Source of the DNA: Naegleria gruberi
Taxonomy: Eukaryota
Reading direction: 5' to 3' (one strand)
DNA: 64,000 bases
Assembly (NCBI GenBank): GCA_000004985.1
Contig: GG738847.1
Shown in pieces: positions 19,663-32,800 of this stretch. Position 1 is the first letter of the stretch. Each line of letters starts with the position of its first letter. The notes below the pieces were generated by a model that made no database searches, was not told where the DNA came from, and worked only from the letters and a program-made list of their open reading frames with translations. A program made the position numbers and the translations under genes.

Positions 19663-20265
19663 ATGTCTCAAAACCTTCTCACGGCTGCCACTACCATGAA
19701 CAATCACGAAGAAGAGCTTGAAGTTCCAGGCTTTTCATGGATTATAGAATCGGAATTGGCTGGTATGAAATTTCCATCCCTTCCCGAACATTACAAAAAT
19801 TTAAATCATCATCACATTGGTTTGGTGATTTGTGTGAATGAGAGGGTAGCTTCCTTTGTTGAACAATTACCTCATTCAGAATATTTTAATTTAATTTCTA
19901 AAAAATTACAAAAAATAGAAAATTGTGAAGAATTTACTTATAATGTTGGAAAATTGAATATTGCTCATTTTCCTATTAATGATTATGGAGTTCCTAATAT
20001 GGAATTAATGAATGAAATGATAAAATTGGTAGAATATGTGAGAAAGGTGGATTCGAACAGGGGAATTGTTGTGCATTGCATGGCTGGACTTTCTAGGACT
20101 GGAATGATTCTGGCATGTTTGTTGGTGAGAGTATGGAAAATGACATTTGAGGAGTCAATCAAGTTGGTCAATCAGAAGAGAGGAAGAAATGGTAGAGGAG
20201 TAATGACTAGCAAGCAAGAAGCATTTGTGGAAGATTTTTCAAAGACTATTCCTAATATTCAATAA
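19663..20265 (+). CDS. dual-specificity protein phosphatase, DUSP23/VHZ-like
   Basis: CX5R active site VHCMAGLSRTGMILACLLV, plus N-terminal PGFSWIIESELAGMKFPSLPEHYKNL matching DUSP23 (PGFSWALPGRLAGLALPRLPAHYQFL). 200 aa. Confidence 0.75.
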   Translation: MSQNLLTAATTMNNHEEELEVPGFSWIIESELAGMKFPSLPEHYKNLNHHHIGLVICVNERVASFVEQLPHSEYFNLISKKLQKIENCEEFTYNVGKLNIAHFPINDYGVPNMELMNEMIKLVEYVRKVDSNRGIVVHCMAGLSRTGMILACLLVRVWKMTFEESIKLVNQKRGRNGRGVMTSKQEAFVEDFSKTIPNIQ

Positions 20266-20410
20266 GATTACTATTTTTAAATACTATTTCGAATCTTACT
20301 AATTAAGAGCTAAAAATTTACTTCTTGAATGCGTCGACCGGGAATTGAAATTTCCTTTTTTGGAATTCATTTAACTTTTAATTTTATGATGAAATTATGA
20401 ATGTTTTATT

Positions 20411-20500
20411 TTAATATTATTCATGATGTGAAACATCATGTTGAATTCTGTTCATAATATTTAATTCATGATGTGAAACATCATGTTGAATTATTAACAA
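20411..20500. repeat. tandem duplication of an approximately 45-bp unit, each copy with a 7-bp-stem hairpin (CATGATG-TGAAA-CATCATG)
   Basis: attcatgatgtgaaacatcatgttgaatt occurs at 20419-20447 and again at 20464-20492 with similar flanks (taatatt...). Confidence 0.7.
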
Positions 20501-20520
20501 ATGTTGTTCTTCAATTTTTA

Positions 20521-20590
20521 ATTGAATGTTGTTCTTTCATTGAATGTTGGAAATATTGGAAAGTTGGAAATAAAAGTTGGAAGTTAGGTA
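20521..20590. repeat. short direct repeats (ATTGAATGTTG x2; GTTGGAA(A/G) x4) in AT-rich sequence next to the large gap
   Basis: Direct reading: attgaatgttg at 20521 and 20539; gttggaa-type motifs at 20546, 20557, 20563 and 20576. Nearby GGAATT/GGAAATTCC-like palindromic motifs lie at 20341-20355, 20600-20606 and 20738-20749. Confidence 0.5.
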
Positions 20591-20806
20591 ACGGGTTATG
20601 GAATTACCTAATGTGGAAATTGAATTCAATTTTGAAATTGAATTAATACAATGTTTTTTAAATTATTATTATTTAAATGTATTTCACACATTAATTTTGA
20701 TAATGTAATATTAAAGATATTGATAATTGGGTATAGGGAAACGGAATTTCCTAATTGGGAGTCATCACACAATAAATTAAATTTATTATTTATTCATTGA
20801 TGATGT

Positions 20807-23800
20807 NNNNNNNNNNNNNNNNNNNNNNNNNNNNNNNNNNNNNNNNNNNNNNNNNNNNNNNNNNNNNNNNNNNNNNNNNNNNNNNNNNNNNNNNNNNNNN
20901 NNNNNNNNNNNNNNNNNNNNNNNNNNNNNNNNNNNNNNNNNNNNNNNNNNNNNNNNNNNNNNNNNNNNNNNNNNNNNNNNNNNNNNNNNNNNNNNNNNNN
21001 NNNNNNNNNNNNNNNNNNNNNNNNNNNNNNNNNNNNNNNNNNNNNNNNNNNNNNNNNNNNNNNNNNNNNNNNNNNNNNNNNNNNNNNNNNNNNNNNNNNN
21101 NNNNNNNNNNNNNNNNNNNNNNNNNNNNNNNNNNNNNNNNNNNNNNNNNNNNNNNNNNNNNNNNNNNNNNNNNNNNNNNNNNNNNNNNNNNNNNNNNNNN
21201 NNNNNNNNNNNNNNNNNNNNNNNNNNNNNNNNNNNNNNNNNNNNNNNNNNNNNNNNNNNNNNNNNNNNNNNNNNNNNNNNNNNNNNNNNNNNNNNNNNNN
21301 NNNNNNNNNNNNNNNNNNNNNNNNNNNNNNNNNNNNNNNNNNNNNNNNNNNNNNNNNNNNNNNNNNNNNNNNNNNNNNNNNNNNNNNNNNNNNNNNNNNN
21401 NNNNNNNNNNNNNNNNNNNNNNNNNNNNNNNNNNNNNNNNNNNNNNNNNNNNNNNNNNNNNNNNNNNNNNNNNNNNNNNNNNNNNNNNNNNNNNNNNNNN
21501 NNNNNNNNNNNNNNNNNNNNNNNNNNNNNNNNNNNNNNNNNNNNNNNNNNNNNNNNNNNNNNNNNNNNNNNNNNNNNNNNNNNNNNNNNNNNNNNNNNNN
21601 NNNNNNNNNNNNNNNNNNNNNNNNNNNNNNNNNNNNNNNNNNNNNNNNNNNNNNNNNNNNNNNNNNNNNNNNNNNNNNNNNNNNNNNNNNNNNNNNNNNN
21701 NNNNNNNNNNNNNNNNNNNNNNNNNNNNNNNNNNNNNNNNNNNNNNNNNNNNNNNNNNNNNNNNNNNNNNNNNNNNNNNNNNNNNNNNNNNNNNNNNNNN
21801 NNNNNNNNNNNNNNNNNNNNNNNNNNNNNNNNNNNNNNNNNNNNNNNNNNNNNNNNNNNNNNNNNNNNNNNNNNNNNNNNNNNNNNNNNNNNNNNNNNNN
21901 NNNNNNNNNNNNNNNNNNNNNNNNNNNNNNNNNNNNNNNNNNNNNNNNNNNNNNNNNNNNNNNNNNNNNNNNNNNNNNNNNNNNNNNNNNNNNNNNNNNN
22001 NNNNNNNNNNNNNNNNNNNNNNNNNNNNNNNNNNNNNNNNNNNNNNNNNNNNNNNNNNNNNNNNNNNNNNNNNNNNNNNNNNNNNNNNNNNNNNNNNNNN
22101 NNNNNNNNNNNNNNNNNNNNNNNNNNNNNNNNNNNNNNNNNNNNNNNNNNNNNNNNNNNNNNNNNNNNNNNNNNNNNNNNNNNNNNNNNNNNNNNNNNNN
22201 NNNNNNNNNNNNNNNNNNNNNNNNNNNNNNNNNNNNNNNNNNNNNNNNNNNNNNNNNNNNNNNNNNNNNNNNNNNNNNNNNNNNNNNNNNNNNNNNNNNN
22301 NNNNNNNNNNNNNNNNNNNNNNNNNNNNNNNNNNNNNNNNNNNNNNNNNNNNNNNNNNNNNNNNNNNNNNNNNNNNNNNNNNNNNNNNNNNNNNNNNNNN
22401 NNNNNNNNNNNNNNNNNNNNNNNNNNNNNNNNNNNNNNNNNNNNNNNNNNNNNNNNNNNNNNNNNNNNNNNNNNNNNNNNNNNNNNNNNNNNNNNNNNNN
22501 NNNNNNNNNNNNNNNNNNNNNNNNNNNNNNNNNNNNNNNNNNNNNNNNNNNNNNNNNNNNNNNNNNNNNNNNNNNNNNNNNNNNNNNNNNNNNNNNNNNN
22601 NNNNNNNNNNNNNNNNNNNNNNNNNNNNNNNNNNNNNNNNNNNNNNNNNNNNNNNNNNNNNNNNNNNNNNNNNNNNNNNNNNNNNNNNNNNNNNNNNNNN
22701 NNNNNNNNNNNNNNNNNNNNNNNNNNNNNNNNNNNNNNNNNNNNNNNNNNNNNNNNNNNNNNNNNNNNNNNNNNNNNNNNNNNNNNNNNNNNNNNNNNNN
22801 NNNNNNNNNNNNNNNNNNNNNNNNNNNNNNNNNNNNNNNNNNNNNNNNNNNNNNNNNNNNNNNNNNNNNNNNNNNNNNNNNNNNNNNNNNNNNNNNNNNN
22901 NNNNNNNNNNNNNNNNNNNNNNNNNNNNNNNNNNNNNNNNNNNNNNNNNNNNNNNNNNNNNNNNNNNNNNNNNNNNNNNNNNNNNNNNNNNNNNNNNNNN
23001 NNNNNNNNNNNNNNNNNNNNNNNNNNNNNNNNNNNNNNNNNNNNNNNNNNNNNNNNNNNNNNNNNNNNNNNNNNNNNNNNNNNNNNNNNNNNNNNNNNNN
23101 NNNNNNNNNNNNNNNNNNNNNNNNNNNNNNNNNNNNNNNNNNNNNNNNNNNNNNNNNNNNNNNNNNNNNNNNNNNNNNNNNNNNNNNNNNNNNNNNNNNN
23201 NNNNNNNNNNNNNNNNNNNNNNNNNNNNNNNNNNNNNNNNNNNNNNNNNNNNNNNNNNNNNNNNNNNNNNNNNNNNNNNNNNNNNNNNNNNNNNNNNNNN
23301 NNNNNNNNNNNNNNNNNNNNNNNNNNNNNNNNNNNNNNNNNNNNNNNNNNNNNNNNNNNNNNNNNNNNNNNNNNNNNNNNNNNNNNNNNNNNNNNNNNNN
23401 NNNNNNNNNNNNNNNNNNNNNNNNNNNNNNNNNNNNNNNNNNNNNNNNNNNNNNNNNNNNNNNNNNNNNNNNNNNNNNNNNNNNNNNNNNNNNNNNNNNN
23501 NNNNNNNNNNNNNNNNNNNNNNNNNNNNNNNNNNNNNNNNNNNNNNNNNNNNNNNNNNNNNNNNNNNNNNNNNNNNNNNNNNNNNNNNNNNNNNNNNNNN
23601 NNNNNNNNNNNNNNNNNNNNNNNNNNNNNNNNNNNNNNNNNNNNNNNNNNNNNNNNNNNNNNNNNNNNNNNNNNNNNNNNNNNNNNNNNNNNNNNNNNNN
23701 NNNNNNNNNNNNNNNNNNNNNNNNNNNNNNNNNNNNNNNNNNNNNNNNNNNNNNNNNNNNNNNNNNNNNNNNNNNNNNNNNNNNNNNNNNNNNNNNNNNN

Positions 23801-26800
23801 NNNNNNNNNNNNNNNNNNNNNNNNNNNNNNNNNNNNNNNNNNNNNNNNNNNNNNNNNNNNNNNNNNNNNNNNNNNNNNNNNNNNNNNNNNNNNNNNNNNN
23901 NNNNNNNNNNNNNNNNNNNNNNNNNNNNNNNNNNNNNNNNNNNNNNNNNNNNNNNNNNNNNNNNNNNNNNNNNNNNNNNNNNNNNNNNNNNNNNNNNNNN
24001 NNNNNNNNNNNNNNNNNNNNNNNNNNNNNNNNNNNNNNNNNNNNNNNNNNNNNNNNNNNNNNNNNNNNNNNNNNNNNNNNNNNNNNNNNNNNNNNNNNNN
24101 NNNNNNNNNNNNNNNNNNNNNNNNNNNNNNNNNNNNNNNNNNNNNNNNNNNNNNNNNNNNNNNNNNNNNNNNNNNNNNNNNNNNNNNNNNNNNNNNNNNN
24201 NNNNNNNNNNNNNNNNNNNNNNNNNNNNNNNNNNNNNNNNNNNNNNNNNNNNNNNNNNNNNNNNNNNNNNNNNNNNNNNNNNNNNNNNNNNNNNNNNNNN
24301 NNNNNNNNNNNNNNNNNNNNNNNNNNNNNNNNNNNNNNNNNNNNNNNNNNNNNNNNNNNNNNNNNNNNNNNNNNNNNNNNNNNNNNNNNNNNNNNNNNNN
24401 NNNNNNNNNNNNNNNNNNNNNNNNNNNNNNNNNNNNNNNNNNNNNNNNNNNNNNNNNNNNNNNNNNNNNNNNNNNNNNNNNNNNNNNNNNNNNNNNNNNN
24501 NNNNNNNNNNNNNNNNNNNNNNNNNNNNNNNNNNNNNNNNNNNNNNNNNNNNNNNNNNNNNNNNNNNNNNNNNNNNNNNNNNNNNNNNNNNNNNNNNNNN
24601 NNNNNNNNNNNNNNNNNNNNNNNNNNNNNNNNNNNNNNNNNNNNNNNNNNNNNNNNNNNNNNNNNNNNNNNNNNNNNNNNNNNNNNNNNNNNNNNNNNNN
24701 NNNNNNNNNNNNNNNNNNNNNNNNNNNNNNNNNNNNNNNNNNNNNNNNNNNNNNNNNNNNNNNNNNNNNNNNNNNNNNNNNNNNNNNNNNNNNNNNNNNN
24801 NNNNNNNNNNNNNNNNNNNNNNNNNNNNNNNNNNNNNNNNNNNNNNNNNNNNNNNNNNNNNNNNNNNNNNNNNNNNNNNNNNNNNNNNNNNNNNNNNNNN
24901 NNNNNNNNNNNNNNNNNNNNNNNNNNNNNNNNNNNNNNNNNNNNNNNNNNNNNNNNNNNNNNNNNNNNNNNNNNNNNNNNNNNNNNNNNNNNNNNNNNNN
25001 NNNNNNNNNNNNNNNNNNNNNNNNNNNNNNNNNNNNNNNNNNNNNNNNNNNNNNNNNNNNNNNNNNNNNNNNNNNNNNNNNNNNNNNNNNNNNNNNNNNN
25101 NNNNNNNNNNNNNNNNNNNNNNNNNNNNNNNNNNNNNNNNNNNNNNNNNNNNNNNNNNNNNNNNNNNNNNNNNNNNNNNNNNNNNNNNNNNNNNNNNNNN
25201 NNNNNNNNNNNNNNNNNNNNNNNNNNNNNNNNNNNNNNNNNNNNNNNNNNNNNNNNNNNNNNNNNNNNNNNNNNNNNNNNNNNNNNNNNNNNNNNNNNNN
25301 NNNNNNNNNNNNNNNNNNNNNNNNNNNNNNNNNNNNNNNNNNNNNNNNNNNNNNNNNNNNNNNNNNNNNNNNNNNNNNNNNNNNNNNNNNNNNNNNNNNN
25401 NNNNNNNNNNNNNNNNNNNNNNNNNNNNNNNNNNNNNNNNNNNNNNNNNNNNNNNNNNNNNNNNNNNNNNNNNNNNNNNNNNNNNNNNNNNNNNNNNNNN
25501 NNNNNNNNNNNNNNNNNNNNNNNNNNNNNNNNNNNNNNNNNNNNNNNNNNNNNNNNNNNNNNNNNNNNNNNNNNNNNNNNNNNNNNNNNNNNNNNNNNNN
25601 NNNNNNNNNNNNNNNNNNNNNNNNNNNNNNNNNNNNNNNNNNNNNNNNNNNNNNNNNNNNNNNNNNNNNNNNNNNNNNNNNNNNNNNNNNNNNNNNNNNN
25701 NNNNNNNNNNNNNNNNNNNNNNNNNNNNNNNNNNNNNNNNNNNNNNNNNNNNNNNNNNNNNNNNNNNNNNNNNNNNNNNNNNNNNNNNNNNNNNNNNNNN
25801 NNNNNNNNNNNNNNNNNNNNNNNNNNNNNNNNNNNNNNNNNNNNNNNNNNNNNNNNNNNNNNNNNNNNNNNNNNNNNNNNNNNNNNNNNNNNNNNNNNNN
25901 NNNNNNNNNNNNNNNNNNNNNNNNNNNNNNNNNNNNNNNNNNNNNNNNNNNNNNNNNNNNNNNNNNNNNNNNNNNNNNNNNNNNNNNNNNNNNNNNNNNN
26001 NNNNNNNNNNNNNNNNNNNNNNNNNNNNNNNNNNNNNNNNNNNNNNNNNNNNNNNNNNNNNNNNNNNNNNNNNNNNNNNNNNNNNNNNNNNNNNNNNNNN
26101 NNNNNNNNNNNNNNNNNNNNNNNNNNNNNNNNNNNNNNNNNNNNNNNNNNNNNNNNNNNNNNNNNNNNNNNNNNNNNNNNNNNNNNNNNNNNNNNNNNNN
26201 NNNNNNNNNNNNNNNNNNNNNNNNNNNNNNNNNNNNNNNNNNNNNNNNNNNNNNNNNNNNNNNNNNNNNNNNNNNNNNNNNNNNNNNNNNNNNNNNNNNN
26301 NNNNNNNNNNNNNNNNNNNNNNNNNNNNNNNNNNNNNNNNNNNNNNNNNNNNNNNNNNNNNNNNNNNNNNNNNNNNNNNNNNNNNNNNNNNNNNNNNNNN
26401 NNNNNNNNNNNNNNNNNNNNNNNNNNNNNNNNNNNNNNNNNNNNNNNNNNNNNNNNNNNNNNNNNNNNNNNNNNNNNNNNNNNNNNNNNNNNNNNNNNNN
26501 NNNNNNNNNNNNNNNNNNNNNNNNNNNNNNNNNNNNNNNNNNNNNNNNNNNNNNNNNNNNNNNNNNNNNNNNNNNNNNNNNNNNNNNNNNNNNNNNNNNN
26601 NNNNNNNNNNNNNNNNNNNNNNNNNNNNNNNNNNNNNNNNNNNNNNNNNNNNNNNNNNNNNNNNNNNNNNNNNNNNNNNNNNNNNNNNNNNNNNNNNNNN
26701 NNNNNNNNNNNNNNNNNNNNNNNNNNNNNNNNNNNNNNNNNNNNNNNNNNNNNNNNNNNNNNNNNNNNNNNNNNNNNNNNNNNNNNNNNNNNNNNNNNNN

Positions 26801-29800
26801 NNNNNNNNNNNNNNNNNNNNNNNNNNNNNNNNNNNNNNNNNNNNNNNNNNNNNNNNNNNNNNNNNNNNNNNNNNNNNNNNNNNNNNNNNNNNNNNNNNNN
26901 NNNNNNNNNNNNNNNNNNNNNNNNNNNNNNNNNNNNNNNNNNNNNNNNNNNNNNNNNNNNNNNNNNNNNNNNNNNNNNNNNNNNNNNNNNNNNNNNNNNN
27001 NNNNNNNNNNNNNNNNNNNNNNNNNNNNNNNNNNNNNNNNNNNNNNNNNNNNNNNNNNNNNNNNNNNNNNNNNNNNNNNNNNNNNNNNNNNNNNNNNNNN
27101 NNNNNNNNNNNNNNNNNNNNNNNNNNNNNNNNNNNNNNNNNNNNNNNNNNNNNNNNNNNNNNNNNNNNNNNNNNNNNNNNNNNNNNNNNNNNNNNNNNNN
27201 NNNNNNNNNNNNNNNNNNNNNNNNNNNNNNNNNNNNNNNNNNNNNNNNNNNNNNNNNNNNNNNNNNNNNNNNNNNNNNNNNNNNNNNNNNNNNNNNNNNN
27301 NNNNNNNNNNNNNNNNNNNNNNNNNNNNNNNNNNNNNNNNNNNNNNNNNNNNNNNNNNNNNNNNNNNNNNNNNNNNNNNNNNNNNNNNNNNNNNNNNNNN
27401 NNNNNNNNNNNNNNNNNNNNNNNNNNNNNNNNNNNNNNNNNNNNNNNNNNNNNNNNNNNNNNNNNNNNNNNNNNNNNNNNNNNNNNNNNNNNNNNNNNNN
27501 NNNNNNNNNNNNNNNNNNNNNNNNNNNNNNNNNNNNNNNNNNNNNNNNNNNNNNNNNNNNNNNNNNNNNNNNNNNNNNNNNNNNNNNNNNNNNNNNNNNN
27601 NNNNNNNNNNNNNNNNNNNNNNNNNNNNNNNNNNNNNNNNNNNNNNNNNNNNNNNNNNNNNNNNNNNNNNNNNNNNNNNNNNNNNNNNNNNNNNNNNNNN
27701 NNNNNNNNNNNNNNNNNNNNNNNNNNNNNNNNNNNNNNNNNNNNNNNNNNNNNNNNNNNNNNNNNNNNNNNNNNNNNNNNNNNNNNNNNNNNNNNNNNNN
27801 NNNNNNNNNNNNNNNNNNNNNNNNNNNNNNNNNNNNNNNNNNNNNNNNNNNNNNNNNNNNNNNNNNNNNNNNNNNNNNNNNNNNNNNNNNNNNNNNNNNN
27901 NNNNNNNNNNNNNNNNNNNNNNNNNNNNNNNNNNNNNNNNNNNNNNNNNNNNNNNNNNNNNNNNNNNNNNNNNNNNNNNNNNNNNNNNNNNNNNNNNNNN
28001 NNNNNNNNNNNNNNNNNNNNNNNNNNNNNNNNNNNNNNNNNNNNNNNNNNNNNNNNNNNNNNNNNNNNNNNNNNNNNNNNNNNNNNNNNNNNNNNNNNNN
28101 NNNNNNNNNNNNNNNNNNNNNNNNNNNNNNNNNNNNNNNNNNNNNNNNNNNNNNNNNNNNNNNNNNNNNNNNNNNNNNNNNNNNNNNNNNNNNNNNNNNN
28201 NNNNNNNNNNNNNNNNNNNNNNNNNNNNNNNNNNNNNNNNNNNNNNNNNNNNNNNNNNNNNNNNNNNNNNNNNNNNNNNNNNNNNNNNNNNNNNNNNNNN
28301 NNNNNNNNNNNNNNNNNNNNNNNNNNNNNNNNNNNNNNNNNNNNNNNNNNNNNNNNNNNNNNNNNNNNNNNNNNNNNNNNNNNNNNNNNNNNNNNNNNNN
28401 NNNNNNNNNNNNNNNNNNNNNNNNNNNNNNNNNNNNNNNNNNNNNNNNNNNNNNNNNNNNNNNNNNNNNNNNNNNNNNNNNNNNNNNNNNNNNNNNNNNN
28501 NNNNNNNNNNNNNNNNNNNNNNNNNNNNNNNNNNNNNNNNNNNNNNNNNNNNNNNNNNNNNNNNNNNNNNNNNNNNNNNNNNNNNNNNNNNNNNNNNNNN
28601 NNNNNNNNNNNNNNNNNNNNNNNNNNNNNNNNNNNNNNNNNNNNNNNNNNNNNNNNNNNNNNNNNNNNNNNNNNNNNNNNNNNNNNNNNNNNNNNNNNNN
28701 NNNNNNNNNNNNNNNNNNNNNNNNNNNNNNNNNNNNNNNNNNNNNNNNNNNNNNNNNNNNNNNNNNNNNNNNNNNNNNNNNNNNNNNNNNNNNNNNNNNN
28801 NNNNNNNNNNNNNNNNNNNNNNNNNNNNNNNNNNNNNNNNNNNNNNNNNNNNNNNNNNNNNNNNNNNNNNNNNNNNNNNNNNNNNNNNNNNNNNNNNNNN
28901 NNNNNNNNNNNNNNNNNNNNNNNNNNNNNNNNNNNNNNNNNNNNNNNNNNNNNNNNNNNNNNNNNNNNNNNNNNNNNNNNNNNNNNNNNNNNNNNNNNNN
29001 NNNNNNNNNNNNNNNNNNNNNNNNNNNNNNNNNNNNNNNNNNNNNNNNNNNNNNNNNNNNNNNNNNNNNNNNNNNNNNNNNNNNNNNNNNNNNNNNNNNN
29101 NNNNNNNNNNNNNNNNNNNNNNNNNNNNNNNNNNNNNNNNNNNNNNNNNNNNNNNNNNNNNNNNNNNNNNNNNNNNNNNNNNNNNNNNNNNNNNNNNNNN
29201 NNNNNNNNNNNNNNNNNNNNNNNNNNNNNNNNNNNNNNNNNNNNNNNNNNNNNNNNNNNNNNNNNNNNNNNNNNNNNNNNNNNNNNNNNNNNNNNNNNNN
29301 NNNNNNNNNNNNNNNNNNNNNNNNNNNNNNNNNNNNNNNNNNNNNNNNNNNNNNNNNNNNNNNNNNNNNNNNNNNNNNNNNNNNNNNNNNNNNNNNNNNN
29401 NNNNNNNNNNNNNNNNNNNNNNNNNNNNNNNNNNNNNNNNNNNNNNNNNNNNNNNNNNNNNNNNNNNNNNNNNNNNNNNNNNNNNNNNNNNNNNNNNNNN
29501 NNNNNNNNNNNNNNNNNNNNNNNNNNNNNNNNNNNNNNNNNNNNNNNNNNNNNNNNNNNNNNNNNNNNNNNNNNNNNNNNNNNNNNNNNNNNNNNNNNNN
29601 NNNNNNNNNNNNNNNNNNNNNNNNNNNNNNNNNNNNNNNNNNNNNNNNNNNNNNNNNNNNNNNNNNNNNNNNNNNNNNNNNNNNNNNNNNNNNNNNNNNN
29701 NNNNNNNNNNNNNNNNNNNNNNNNNNNNNNNNNNNNNNNNNNNNNNNNNNNNNNNNNNNNNNNNNNNNNNNNNNNNNNNNNNNNNNNNNNNNNNNNNNNN

Positions 29801-32800
29801 NNNNNNNNNNNNNNNNNNNNNNNNNNNNNNNNNNNNNNNNNNNNNNNNNNNNNNNNNNNNNNNNNNNNNNNNNNNNNNNNNNNNNNNNNNNNNNNNNNNN
29901 NNNNNNNNNNNNNNNNNNNNNNNNNNNNNNNNNNNNNNNNNNNNNNNNNNNNNNNNNNNNNNNNNNNNNNNNNNNNNNNNNNNNNNNNNNNNNNNNNNNN
30001 NNNNNNNNNNNNNNNNNNNNNNNNNNNNNNNNNNNNNNNNNNNNNNNNNNNNNNNNNNNNNNNNNNNNNNNNNNNNNNNNNNNNNNNNNNNNNNNNNNNN
30101 NNNNNNNNNNNNNNNNNNNNNNNNNNNNNNNNNNNNNNNNNNNNNNNNNNNNNNNNNNNNNNNNNNNNNNNNNNNNNNNNNNNNNNNNNNNNNNNNNNNN
30201 NNNNNNNNNNNNNNNNNNNNNNNNNNNNNNNNNNNNNNNNNNNNNNNNNNNNNNNNNNNNNNNNNNNNNNNNNNNNNNNNNNNNNNNNNNNNNNNNNNNN
30301 NNNNNNNNNNNNNNNNNNNNNNNNNNNNNNNNNNNNNNNNNNNNNNNNNNNNNNNNNNNNNNNNNNNNNNNNNNNNNNNNNNNNNNNNNNNNNNNNNNNN
30401 NNNNNNNNNNNNNNNNNNNNNNNNNNNNNNNNNNNNNNNNNNNNNNNNNNNNNNNNNNNNNNNNNNNNNNNNNNNNNNNNNNNNNNNNNNNNNNNNNNNN
30501 NNNNNNNNNNNNNNNNNNNNNNNNNNNNNNNNNNNNNNNNNNNNNNNNNNNNNNNNNNNNNNNNNNNNNNNNNNNNNNNNNNNNNNNNNNNNNNNNNNNN
30601 NNNNNNNNNNNNNNNNNNNNNNNNNNNNNNNNNNNNNNNNNNNNNNNNNNNNNNNNNNNNNNNNNNNNNNNNNNNNNNNNNNNNNNNNNNNNNNNNNNNN
30701 NNNNNNNNNNNNNNNNNNNNNNNNNNNNNNNNNNNNNNNNNNNNNNNNNNNNNNNNNNNNNNNNNNNNNNNNNNNNNNNNNNNNNNNNNNNNNNNNNNNN
30801 NNNNNNNNNNNNNNNNNNNNNNNNNNNNNNNNNNNNNNNNNNNNNNNNNNNNNNNNNNNNNNNNNNNNNNNNNNNNNNNNNNNNNNNNNNNNNNNNNNNN
30901 NNNNNNNNNNNNNNNNNNNNNNNNNNNNNNNNNNNNNNNNNNNNNNNNNNNNNNNNNNNNNNNNNNNNNNNNNNNNNNNNNNNNNNNNNNNNNNNNNNNN
31001 NNNNNNNNNNNNNNNNNNNNNNNNNNNNNNNNNNNNNNNNNNNNNNNNNNNNNNNNNNNNNNNNNNNNNNNNNNNNNNNNNNNNNNNNNNNNNNNNNNNN
31101 NNNNNNNNNNNNNNNNNNNNNNNNNNNNNNNNNNNNNNNNNNNNNNNNNNNNNNNNNNNNNNNNNNNNNNNNNNNNNNNNNNNNNNNNNNNNNNNNNNNN
31201 NNNNNNNNNNNNNNNNNNNNNNNNNNNNNNNNNNNNNNNNNNNNNNNNNNNNNNNNNNNNNNNNNNNNNNNNNNNNNNNNNNNNNNNNNNNNNNNNNNNN
31301 NNNNNNNNNNNNNNNNNNNNNNNNNNNNNNNNNNNNNNNNNNNNNNNNNNNNNNNNNNNNNNNNNNNNNNNNNNNNNNNNNNNNNNNNNNNNNNNNNNNN
31401 NNNNNNNNNNNNNNNNNNNNNNNNNNNNNNNNNNNNNNNNNNNNNNNNNNNNNNNNNNNNNNNNNNNNNNNNNNNNNNNNNNNNNNNNNNNNNNNNNNNN
31501 NNNNNNNNNNNNNNNNNNNNNNNNNNNNNNNNNNNNNNNNNNNNNNNNNNNNNNNNNNNNNNNNNNNNNNNNNNNNNNNNNNNNNNNNNNNNNNNNNNNN
31601 NNNNNNNNNNNNNNNNNNNNNNNNNNNNNNNNNNNNNNNNNNNNNNNNNNNNNNNNNNNNNNNNNNNNNNNNNNNNNNNNNNNNNNNNNNNNNNNNNNNN
31701 NNNNNNNNNNNNNNNNNNNNNNNNNNNNNNNNNNNNNNNNNNNNNNNNNNNNNNNNNNNNNNNNNNNNNNNNNNNNNNNNNNNNNNNNNNNNNNNNNNNN
31801 NNNNNNNNNNNNNNNNNNNNNNNNNNNNNNNNNNNNNNNNNNNNNNNNNNNNNNNNNNNNNNNNNNNNNNNNNNNNNNNNNNNNNNNNNNNNNNNNNNNN
31901 NNNNNNNNNNNNNNNNNNNNNNNNNNNNNNNNNNNNNNNNNNNNNNNNNNNNNNNNNNNNNNNNNNNNNNNNNNNNNNNNNNNNNNNNNNNNNNNNNNNN
32001 NNNNNNNNNNNNNNNNNNNNNNNNNNNNNNNNNNNNNNNNNNNNNNNNNNNNNNNNNNNNNNNNNNNNNNNNNNNNNNNNNNNNNNNNNNNNNNNNNNNN
32101 NNNNNNNNNNNNNNNNNNNNNNNNNNNNNNNNNNNNNNNNNNNNNNNNNNNNNNNNNNNNNNNNNNNNNNNNNNNNNNNNNNNNNNNNNNNNNNNNNNNN
32201 NNNNNNNNNNNNNNNNNNNNNNNNNNNNNNNNNNNNNNNNNNNNNNNNNNNNNNNNNNNNNNNNNNNNNNNNNNNNNNNNNNNNNNNNNNNNNNNNNNNN
32301 NNNNNNNNNNNNNNNNNNNNNNNNNNNNNNNNNNNNNNNNNNNNNNNNNNNNNNNNNNNNNNNNNNNNNNNNNNNNNNNNNNNNNNNNNNNNNNNNNNNN
32401 NNNNNNNNNNNNNNNNNNNNNNNNNNNNNNNNNNNNNNNNNNNNNNNNNNNNNNNNNNNNNNNNNNNNNNNNNNNNNNNNNNNNNNNNNNNNNNNNNNNN
32501 NNNNNNNNNNNNNNNNNNNNNNNNNNNNNNNNNNNNNNNNNNNNNNNNNNNNNNNNNNNNNNNNNNNNNNNNNNNNNNNNNNNNNNNNNNNNNNNNNNNN
32601 NNNNNNNNNNNNNNNNNNNNNNNNNNNNNNNNNNNNNNNNNNNNNNNNNNNNNNNNNNNNNNNNNNNNNNNNNNNNNNNNNNNNNNNNNNNNNNNNNNNN
32701 NNNNNNNNNNNNNNNNNNNNNNNNNNNNNNNNNNNNNNNNNNNNNNNNNNNNNNNNNNNNNNNNNNNNNNNNNNNNNNNNNNNNNNNNNNNNNNNNNNNN

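Noticed and set aside
19381-19707. Minus-strand 108-aa ORF spanning the 50-N gap
   Set aside because: It contains translated Ns and lies antisense to the DUSP23-like gene start region. Artefact.
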